NCBI RefSeq assembly: GCF_009914755.1
Contig: NC_060934.1
Strand: one strand, 5' to 3'
Origin: the human T2T-CHM13v2.0 reference genome, Homo sapiens
DNA: 64,000 nt
In this document: piece after piece, positions 14,101 through 25,709 of the stretch
Numbering within the stretch: position 1 is the first letter of the stretch
Layout: each line of letters begins with the position of its first letter
Notes under the pieces: model-generated
Database searches by the model: none
Told to the model about the DNA's origin: nothing
Seen by the model: only the letters and a program-made list of their open reading frames with translations
Translations under genes and position numbers: made by a program

Positions 14101-14650
14101 TTATGTTCCCTAAGTGCTCCTCCCCCTTGGCTTCTTGACTCTGTTTAGTTTGGTTTAACAAAAATGACCCAATTCCTGTCATCAGCTTTCACAGTTGCTT
14201 CTATACTTCTGAGGATTTCTTTCCCCAGCCTCAGATAGTTTCTGCACATGATTGTCCTGATCATTATTCAGCTTAATACTCAAGAAAGATCCTCTGCTGA
14301 TGTCCAGGATTTTGTTTCTTTGCAGCTCTCTCTTCTTCAGTACTCTGCTGTAAAATTTAAGTCTCTTGGTGGTCTCTCCATACTCTCAGTTTCATCTCAT
14401 CAGCTCAAGGGTTTCTCTGGTTCTACCTGTGTTTCCCCTTACTGCACCATGGCCTGGAAACTTGAGGCAATGAGTTTTGGCAATCACAGGGCTCCCCTCA
14501 TTTGTTTGCCATCTCTTAGTGATCACTGTTATTCATTACCTGATATGCAATATCTTGAAAATTATTTCTTCATTTACTTGTTCAATTTTTTAGTTGTTAC
14601 AGGTAAGAGGATAAACTCAATTCCTGTTACTACTTCTTAGAACCAGAAGT
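11105..14650 (-). mobile_element. Old L1 (L1M-type), internally deleted, with 3'UTR and 5' end both present; interrupted by a solo LTR
   Basis: Antisense L1 3' end (taattgacatacaataaactatacatatttaaagt), jump near 11800 to the endonuclease region, then ORF1/5'UTR ending cctgttactacttcttagaaccagaagtc. Confidence 0.8.
13739..14193 (-). mobile_element. Solo LTR, ERV1 MER4-group (MER65/MER67-like)
   Basis: TG...CA termini, 4-bp TSD gttg (13735-13738, 14194-14197), reverse AATAAA near 13788; L1 sequence resumes on both sides. Confidence 0.85.
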
Positions 14651-16509
14651 CTTTTCTACTTTTTTTTTTTTAAATAACAACACTAAGTAAAAGAGAGGGT
14701 GAGAGAATAGAAATCATCAGAAAAGAAAAACAACAAGGAAAACTTCTACAGCATTTTTGGAAAAGGAGTAACCGTAATGAGTCTGAATGAACAAATTTTT
14801 GAATGTATAAATGAAATAAGTTATTATAGGCTTTTAAAATCATTCTCACAGAAAGACTCAAGAGTAGCTTCAAGAAATGTATCACTTACAAGCATGCTTT
14901 GTAACTTTCTTCCCAGTATCATTACTTTTATATATTCTCAATGCAAAATATAAGAGTGAAAATATCCTTCTGGGCATAAAACTCTGTGTAGTTTTAGAAC
15001 ATGTAACTATTTCCTCTGCCCCAATTTGGCTGAGCTAATCCACTTACTATGCATTGGATTACTTGCATCAGGTTGCTTGCATCGAAGGGGACTGTTGATG
15101 GCAATGAGACTGAATGCCTTTCCGTAAGACCCAAGTCACATCTTTTGTGGATGATGCAAATGATCATTACTGTTGATGAATTTTAAATAGAACAATCATT
15201 TTGATTACTCTGCTGAGGTCTGACTCAGTAAGACAGCAAAAGCATTTTTCCCATCATGCAGAATTTTGAACAAATCTCAGGATTCTACCAGATATTTTCA
15301 TGAAAAATTTGAAAAATGTCCAATGTTTCACATAGTGTTACGAGGTCAATATGACCCCTCTTTTGTTTACCATGGTCTATGTGCATTAAATGGAAATGGA
15401 ATATTGAATAATAGAGAATATTAGAAAGATTAAAATAAAACTTTGAATTTCATAGTTGGTTTTTTTATTTTCTCTCTCCTAAATTTCAATATCTTTTAAA
15501 AATTATTTATAGTGCCTCAAATTCTTTTGCAAAAGAAGGAGCAATAATACATCCACTAAATGTAAATAACAATCCAGTCAGTTATAGCAGGTGGCTGACC
15601 TGCTTGGAGGGCAGACACTTCACATCTTCAACAAGCAGAGAAGCAATTATAGCCTGATATAATGCTACAGCTAGAAAGACCTTAGAAATTGCCTAGGTCA
15701 GGCATGGCACACATCTGGCATGTGGGTCCTCATTCCTCTGTCCTGTGCTTATGGCGAATTTATCAGAAAACACTTTCCTATTGCATTGAGATTCATCTCA
15801 GCTGTCTCCAGTCAGTACCCTAGGCAACCACTACTAATCACTAAAAGTAGGACTGCAAAATAAATCCTATTAGCCACTGAGAATCTAGTCTATTCTCTTA
15901 ATTTCATAAATATGAGAACTGAGGCTTTCAATCAGCTGCAGCACTGAAATTGGTACTAGGTTCCTAACTCTGATCACAGTAATTTCAGAATGTCGCCATA
16001 ATCCTAGAGGGGCAAACCACTTTTGTGTGACACAGGATGACAGAACTGGCATGGAAAGAAGATTAAGGGTCATTCATCCTGTTCTGCTTATTTCCAGACT
16101 GAGCCCAAGTATGAAATGGAAAATTTTACCAAAAAAAGAAAAAAGATTTTTAACTGATTTAGAAAACAAATCCTGTTGTTAAAGGATACTATGAAGATTT
16201 TTTTTTCATCATTTTTTGTTTGTTGGTTTTTTGCCATCCAACTTTACACAGAACCAGAGAGGAAAAGTATCCATAAAAAAGTATTACATTGAAAGTCTCT
16301 GATACTTCAAAACTCCCTTGTTCCAGTTCTTGATACCTGTAGTTTCTTTAGTAGATATACAGCTTATTAGTACGTACTGAATGGTAATTCTGAAAATTAA
16401 ATTCCAGTGGAGAGAAGGAACCCATTGAGTACAATGTCACAAGTCTCAAAAGATTATTTTCTAGGGCAGTTTTTGATAAATGGAACAAAAGAGAAGTACA
16501 TAGCAAGGG

Positions 16510-16985
16510 AGTGCAAATGAAGGTTGGGGCACCACAGGGTACTTTTTTTAAAAAGGAATATTGAAGATAAGTGAGGATTAAGTAAGTTGCCCAAGGTTTT
16601 TCAAGTGAAATTGAGTTTTGAACCCCAAATCCCTTGACCTGGTTCATGTTACATTCTACCACTTTACACCCAGCCCTGGCCACTCCTCAGAGATCCTCTC
16701 CATTACCAAAAATTACTGACTGAAGTTCAAAATAACAATCACTATTAAGTGAACGCTTTTACTGAGTGCTAGGATATATATGCTTACTGCTTTTCACATG
16801 CACTACCTCACTTAGTATGCATAGAAAACTTATAAACTTCATTCTTTTATTATAGCCACTTTATAGATAATAAAATGAATCTTAGAGAAGTAATTTGCCT
16901 AAGGACTCCTTGCTAGAAAGTGACAGAGCAGATTTGAATAATAATTCATCTAATTCCAAGACAAACTTTCAATCACTATAACAAT
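16510..16985 (-). mobile_element. Two adjacent MIR fragments
   Basis: gattaagtaagttgcccaaggt (~16580) and gaagtaatttgcctaaggac (~16890) cores. Confidence 0.65.
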
Positions 16986-17780
16986 GTTTTCAGAATCAAG
17001 TAAAAGAAACTTAGTCTTGTTTTGTATGTCCCTAAGTATTAATAATACAATTATGAAATAATGTAAGAATTATAAACAATTCATATTCTTTCTCTACTTT
17101 TGCTAAAAATCAATAAAAAAGTGAAAGGATATGTAAATGTAAGATTATGAGGAACAAGTAACTAAAAACCACCAAACCAAAGCCCAAATCATGACCTATG
17201 CTTAAAAAAAAACTCTGCTCAATGATATAGTTGGATATAAATTTTTTAAATTTTTTATGTTAAATATTATAATTTGTCACAAACCTCATTCTCATATTTA
17301 CACACAAGGACAATTCCAAAAATATATAATGATCACAGCCCAAATGGATCCCCACAGAATTGAATGTGAGCCTCTTTTTGGCTAGTTGAAGAGGCATAGT
17401 TAAGTCTGGGAACTTTTTAAAGGCTGAGGACAAAATGCATCTAAACATTTGTTTCATTGAAGGCTAAAGTCTATGGAGTAATGGTGGCAGTTTTTTCTGA
17501 AAGGAAGCTCTGAATAGATCAGTTGTTAGAAATCAGAGGAAGTGGGAGAAGTGAAGATGCAAAGAAGATCAGGGTGTGGAAAGAAAGAGCTTGAACCTAG
17601 GGAGCTACTGTTAGTAAAATTAGTATTTTTTAAATATGTGGCCTAACTGATGTTTTAAATAAATAAATATTTTAAATAAATAAATAAAAATTTTTTAAAT
17701 TTTCAGATAAAAATTTATGTATTTATTATATACAATATGTTGTTTTGACATATTTATACATTGTGGAATGGCTAAATTGA

Positions 17781-18087
<307 letters not shown>

Positions 18088-18787
18088 TGAGCTAATTAAT
18101 ATTTGCATTATCTTACATACTTTTTTGTGTGTGTGATGAGAACACTTAATATCTCTCTTAGCAATTTTCAAGAATGCATTGTTATTAAATATAGACATCA
18201 TGTTGTACAATAGATCTCTTGAACTTATTCCTCCTTACAGAGGAATAAGTTCCACCCCATCCAGCCACTGGTAGCAACCATTCTACTCTGCTTCCATGAG
18301 TTCAACTTTGTTAGATTCTACATGTAAGTGAAATCATGAAGAACTTGTTTTTCTGTACCTGGCTTATTTCACTTAACATAGTATCCACCATTTTCATCCA
18401 TGTTGTCAGAAAGGACAGAATTTCCTTCATTTTTAAGGCTGAATTGTATTCTATTGTGTATATACCATGTTTTTAAATCAATTCATTTGTGGATGGACAT
18501 TTAGGTTGATTCCAAATCTTGGCTATTGTGAATAATGCTGCAACAAACATAGGAGTGCAGATATCTCTTCAACATATCAATTTCATTTCTTTTGGCTATA
18601 TACCCCGTAGTGGGATTGCTGGATCATATGGGAGTTCTATTTTTAATTTTTGAGGAAGCTTCATACTGTATTACATAATGACGGTGCTAATTTACATTCC
18701 CACCAGTAGTGCACAAGGTTCCCTTTTCTCCACATCCTCTCCAACACCCCTTATCTTTGTCTAATTGATAGCAGCCATTTTAATTGA

Positions 18788-19189
18788 TGCTTGCTAGCTG
18801 TGCATACAACAGATCAGATTTTTGACAAAAGTGCCAAGAACACAATGGGGGAAATGATAGTCTCTTGAGTAGATGGTGTGTGGGCAATTAGATATCCACA
18901 TGCAGAAAAATGAAATTACACCTGTAATTGGAATAACATTCCAAAACATATATGCCATACTGTTTTGATTACATATCTGTAAAAAATCAACCTTGACTGT
19001 AAATTTCTGGGCTCTCTATTCTGTTCTAAAGAACTCTTCTAAAGTTGTTATGATTCTTTTTTGTAGTACATTTTGAAAGGCTGAATACAATTCAGCCTTA
19101 AAAATGAAGGAAATTCTGTCCTTTCTGATAACATGGATGAAAATGGAGGGCATTATGTTAAGTGAAATAAGCCAGGCACAGAAAAACAA
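18788..19189. other. Composite templated insertion built from local sequence
   Basis: Fragments match 20223-20253, rc19666-19775, 19832-19864, 19770-19811, 20710-20752 and rc18345-18451; the host L1 resumes colinearly on both sides. Confidence 0.9.
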
Positions 19190-20279
19190 TGAGTGATATC
19201 TCATTGTGGTTTTCGTTTAGATTTCACTGATGATTAGTGATTTTGATGATTTTTTGACCTACCTGTTAATCGTTTGTATATCTTTTAAAAAATATCTGTT
19301 CAAATTCTTTGTCCATTTATTAATTAGGTTATTTGTTTTCTTACTATTGTTTGTGTTCCTTATATATTTTGAATTTTAACCCCTTGTCAGCTGTATGGTT
19401 TACAAACATTTTCTCCCATTTCATAGATAATCTCTTTACTCTGTTGGTTGTTTTCTTGGCTGTGCAGAAGCTTTTTAATTTGATGTAATCCCATTTGCCT
19501 ATTTTTGCTTTTGTTGCCTATGCTTTTGGGTTCATATTCAAAGAATCATTGTCTAGACCAATGTCATGAAATGTTTCTCCTATGTTTTATTCTAGTAGTT
19601 TTACAGTTTCAGATTTTACATAAGTCTTTAATCCATTTTGAGTTAATTTTTTACATGGTGTAAGATACAGGTGTAATTTCATTTTTCTGCATGTGGATAT
19701 CTAATTGCCCACACACCATCTACTCCAGAGACTATCCTTTCCCCCATCGTGTTCTTGGGACCTTTGTCGAAAATCAATTGACTGTAAATTTCTGGGCTCT
19801 CTATTCTGTTCCATTGATCTACTTGTCTGTTTATATGCCATACTGTTTTGGTTACATATCTGTATAGTATATTTTGAAGTCAGGTAGTGTGATCCTTCCA
19901 GTTTTATTCTTTTTGCTCAAGAAGTATTATTTTCGTTTGTCTGAAGCAATGGCCAATTACTTACAAACTGAGAAAATATCGCTAAAGGATAGCTTTTAAT
20001 AAACGTGTGCAGGCCTCACCCAGAACATTCTGTTTTGGGAAAAAATTAAAAAACTGCTAAGATTAAAATTATCCTTAGTAAATTCACACTAGAGGATTCA
20101 TTTATCTTAGAGAACATGAGACCCAATGACATCCCTGCATATTATTGTAAAGTTTTAGCTACTTGTTTTAATTTCTTGCCAAAAGTCTAAATAAAAGCCA
20201 AAAAAAAAAAAAAAAAAGCTTTTGCTTGCTAGGTATGCATACAACAGATCAGACACTTGCCCTTAAAAGATGTAACATA

Positions 20280-20485
20280 GGCCGGGCGATGTGGCCCATG
20301 CCTGTAATCCCAGCACTTTGGGAGGCTGAGGTGGGTGGAGCACAAAGTTAGGAGTTCAAGACCAGCCTGGCCAACATGGTGCAATCCCGTCTTTACTAAA
20401 AATAGAAAAATTAGCTGGGCATGGTAGCAGGCACCTGTAATCCCAGCTACTCAGGAGGCTGAGGCAGGAGAATCGCTTGAACCCA
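20280..20485 (+). mobile_element. AluS lacking its 3' end and A-tail
   Basis: Left arm plus part of the right arm, stops at gcttgaaccca; no TSD. Confidence 0.93.
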
Positions 20486-22038
20486 TCACTTTTTAATTTG
20501 AAAATCTATATAATAAAATGTTTCAAACATGCAGAAAAGTTCACAGACTATCCACCATTAAAAATTATACCTACCACCTGGAATCAACTAATATTAACAT
20601 TTTGCCATATTTAGATTATTTTCACTTCAGGTGATTATCATAGGAAAAAAAATGGAACATATAGTTGAAGGCTTTTCCCATTTCATTTCTCCTCTCTCCT
20701 CAAAGACACAACTCTTCTAAGGTTGTTATGCTTCCTTTTTGTAGTACATTTTAAAATAATTATCACTCATATATTTTTCATCAATTGTGTACATTATTTT
20801 ATGAGTTTAACTTTTAAAAAGGTATCTTACTGTGTACAAATTTTTATTTCACATTATGTTTCAGATTTTTGTTGAAATATGTAAATGTGTTTAATTCACT
20901 TTGACTGCTGTATACTAGTCCATCATACATACATACATGTTTTTCCATCCCCCTGTTGATGGGCATGTAGGTTGTTTCCAAATATTTGCTATTACAAAGT
21001 GGCACTGATTATCCTTATGTATGTTACCATGTATACATTTTTATGTTTCTCAAGGGTACCTGTAAGGAATTAAATTTATAAGGCATTGCCAAATTCTTCT
21101 CCAAAGAGGTTGCTGTTTTGTCACATTTCCCCTACATGTGTTATACTCATACTTTTTAATTTTTGCTTTCCTCATGGATGAGAAATATTATCTTTTAAAT
21201 GTTTCGTTGGTAATTAATAGGTCTGACTGCTTTTTCTTAAGATTTTTGGCCAGCTTCCTCTGCAAATTTTCACTTCATGTCTTTTTCCAGCTTTCTATCT
21301 GTTGTTAGTTTTTCTCTTACTAATTGGTGGAAGTTCTTTATATATCCTGAATACTATTCCTCTCTTGGTTATATATCTCCAAGTTTGAGCCTTGTATGTT
21401 AACATACCCAAAAAATGTAATCAGATCTATCAATCTCTTCTCTATGGTTTCAACCTTTGCATTTTGTTTAAGAAAATTTTTCCTGCCTTATCACAAAAAC
21501 TATTCTATATTTTATTAGTAATTTTACCTTTTTGTTTTTTTACATTTAGGTATTTGTTCCTCATGGAAATTTTTTGGCAATAGACCTAACTCTTTTGCCA
21601 TATGAATAGAAATTTGTTCCAGTAACTGTTAACTAAAGAGTCCATTATTTTCCAACTTAATATTTTGTCACCTCTCACATACCACGTTTTGTTTCTGCAC
21701 TCTATTTTCTGTTTCATGTATCTATTCATTTATCCTGATATCAATATCACACTATTTTAAGTACTATAGCTGTGTAATAAGTCTTCAATCACAGGTTGGG
21801 TTCCAGGGGGAGGAAAATCCTGAGATAGAACTTAGCATGAAGGAGGTTTATTAGGGATTCTCCTTTGAATCAAAACCTGTGGGAGGGAAAGAAAACAAGA
21901 TGAACTGGGAAGACAGAGAAGTTGAGGTGTGATGCATTCCCAGCGAAGGCCTCAGCCAACCTCACAGGAAGCTCTGGAGCTGGGACAGCTTTTCAGGGTT
22001 GTCCCAAGCATGGATCAGGAAACTGCCCTGGACAGCCA

Positions 22039-22408
<370 letters not shown>

Positions 22409-23269
22409 TTGAAGGCAATATCTTAAGGCAGCTGACAACTAAGGAGTGTCTCTTGGCAGCACTATCAATATTTGGGGCAATAAGTTCAATATTGGGGGCA
22501 ATATTTGGGGCAATAACGTAAAAAGAGAACTGCATGACACATCACATCCACTTTTGTTTTTCTTATTTAAAATTACCTCAACGATTCTTGGCACTTTATT
22601 GTCCATATGAATTTTGTAATTATCTTATAAAATTCTACAAAACAAAACACCTGTTGGGATTATGATTGGAATTTACTCAAATGCATAAATTACTTGCAGA
22701 AAAATGACATGTAAGATAATGAGTTACTTATTTGCTGACCATGGTCTTTCTATTTATTTAATTCTTTTTTTATGGCCTGCAATAATATTTTATATTTTCC
22801 ATAATGTTCTAGCACATCATTTGTTAGATTTATTCCTGGGTGTATGACAGTTTATCTCATTGTTTCAATTGTGAAAGTTTTTACTATTATTAAATTTTCA
22901 AAATTGTTTCAAATTGTATATAGGAATTCACTGATTCTTCTCTCTTCATCTCATACATGGCAACTTTGATGAACTCTTATTATTTCAGTTTGTCTGTAAA
23001 TCCACTTGGAATTTTCATGTAGAGAAAAATATAGCCCATGCTATTTATTTCTTTTTCTTAGTGAGATAGGACACTAAAGTGCAACGTTGAATAGAAGCAG
23101 TAATAGTTGGTATTCTTATTCCGTTCCTGACTTTAAAGAGAATTCTAAATAACCTTAATCAGGTTAAGAAAGTTCCCTTCAAATTCTATTTTTTTCTAAA
23201 AGGATATTTTAAATCAATGTTCTAAACATTTTAGAGATACAATATTAATGAGTTATTATTGATGAAGTC

Positions 23270-23420
23270 AACACTTGTTGAGTGTAAGCACTATTATTAT
23301 CTACATTTTACAGATAAGAAAATTAAGGGAAGTAACTTATCTAAGAACACACAGCTAGTAAATTGTAGTTAGGATTTGGACATAGGTAGTGTCTTCAGAG
23401 CACATATCAACTGAGATACT
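23270..23420 (-). mobile_element. MIR SINE
   Basis: cattttacagataagaaaatt...gtaacttatctaagaacacacagctagtaa. Confidence 0.7.
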
Positions 23421-24801
23421 TTCTCTCAAGCTCTCCAGCAAGCGCATCCAACTTCCTCAACATTATTTACTAGTACTAGTACTTAATTTTTAACTTAGTT
23501 TAACTTTGTCCCCAAATTTCCTTTTTTACCCAGAGTCCCAGACTAATGATACCTTGCCAATTCCAGACCCAACTTTACAGAAGAGGCAATCGTTTTATCA
23601 TCCCAGCTTTGAGATCTGTGCAAAAATCTCAGTTCTATCTTTCAGCTTTTGGCAAAGGCCAAGCTATATTTCAGCCCCTTGCATGGGCACTAAAACCCAG
23701 CTTCCTGGACATTAGAGTTATGTTTGGAAAAAATACCTCCACTAGGCAGTCATTAGGACAATAGCTCACATGCTTACTATCCTGTTTTCATGTTTCTTCT
23801 TTGCTGTTTTATCATCTAACGTTTCTCTTCATTGCATTTCATCATAATTTTTTGCTATATTATTATTCAACATTTCTATGTGTTTGGAGCCATGGAGGTG
23901 GGAGGCAAGGGAGGGTTCCTCAGTGTCATTTCCATTCCAATATTGCTGGAACTTCTACCTCTAAGCTCTTCTTAGCATTTCCCTGGCTTCTGCCTCTAGT
24001 CATTCTGTTAAACTGGCTCAAACACTTCAAATTTTCTTAATAATGCACAGATTTGCAGCCATCTGTAATGCAGAAGAACAAGGTTCCCTCTGTGTGACAC
24101 TTAGGTACCAAAGGAAGGAAAAAGCCATGTTACCTGTGCCTAAAGATGGCATTTTCCATTGGAATAGATTTTCAGGCATTGCTCTGTACTCCAACCCACT
24201 GCCTCCCTCCTACTCTCAGGCCCTGTTGCTGAATCTACCCCTCATGGAACCAGATTTTATGTGTCTAATAACTCACTGGATATCAGTAGCCCTGCAATCT
24301 CTTTCCATTATCCGGCCTCTGCTGCCACCCATCCTTCCCTCTAGTGAGCCTCCCCACCTCCGCCACCCCCAGAAGACTCTGTAGATGCAAATTGATACTT
24401 GTTCAGGGATGGGGTGAGTGGAGAGGAATGTCACCTCCCTGTGCATTACAGACTTACCCAGTTTCAGCTCTGGCCCATCGAGACCCTTTTCTGTATACTG
24501 AAAGCAAAGCAAGTAAAATCTGTGAAGTGAACTTTTAAAAAATAAGAATAAATTAACACTTTTGTTTCAAATGGAGCTGTTTTCTCTGCAGTAAAGAGAT
24601 TTCCCATCAGTTCTCTGTTCATAAAAGATAAGTAAAATGACTACGTAAGACCTGAATCTGGGTCCTACCTTTCCAAGGCATTAAATCAGAATTTCAAGAC
24701 AGAAAGTTAAAGTCTAGATATAGTGTGACTATCCACAATTAAAAAGCTAATCTGAGTGAAGGCCACTTCTATTCACTTGGCAAAGACAAACTCCTTCAAC
24801 A

Positions 24802-24900
24802 AATATATATATACACACACACATATATTTATATATATATAGTATATATAATGTATATATGTATATATAATCTATATATATCATATAGAAATATATATTT
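24802..24900. repeat. (TA)n-rich low-complexity repeat
   Basis: Direct reading; lies at the tail end of the adjacent L1. Confidence 0.9.
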
Positions 24901-25709
24901 ATTATTTTCATCCATTAAAATTCACCTATTTTTGAGGAATATACAGCTCTATGAGTTTTAACACATGCATAGATTCATGTAACTAATATCACAGTCAGGA
25001 AAAAGACAGTTCCATAATGCCCAAAATTCCTTTGTGCTGCTTCTGGGAGTCATACCCTTCCCTCATCTGTAACTCACTACCCCCATCCACACAGCCACTG
25101 ATCTGTTTTCTGTCACTATAGTTTTTGCCTTTTCCAGAATGACATGTAAATCAATGATTTAGTATGTAATTTTTTAAAGACTGGCTTATTTCATTTACTA
25201 GACTGTATTTGGAATTAATCCATATTTTTACATGGATCAATAGTTTGTTTCTGTTTAATGCTGAATAATATTCTATTATTTGAGTTTGCTGTAATTTGTT
25301 TAGCCATTCACCTGTTGAAGAAACTTTCAGTTGTTTTCAGTTTGGGGCACTTGTGAATAAATGCTGCTTAAATGTTTTTGTACGGATCTTTATGTTAATG
25401 TAAGTGTTCATTTTTCTGGGTAAATAATTAGGAGTGGGATTTCTGGGTCATATAGTAAGTGTAGGTTTAATGTCATAAAAAACTGACAAACTATTTTCCA
25501 GAGTTTTGCCATTATACCTCCCCACAGCAATCTTTGAAAGCCCTCAGGGTTCCCCATCTTTGCCAGAACTTGGTAGTGCCAGTTTTGGATTCTTTGATTT
25601 TTTTTTTAACTTAGCATTCTGTAATGACTGTGTAGTGGTATGGCTGGCAAGTAAGCACACAAAAAGATGCTGAACATCATTAATCACTTGGAAAATGCAA
25701 ATCAACCAC
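24900..25709 (-). mobile_element. Old L1 3' end with short inverted 5' segment (~25648-25709, plus strand)
   Basis: Antisense L1 to gtgtagtggtat, then sense aaagatgctgaacatcattaatc...aaatgcaaatcaaccac. Confidence 0.78.

Noticed and set aside
14248-14640. 130-aa ORF
   Set aside because: Lies in antisense L1 5'UTR sequence and has no recognisable domain.
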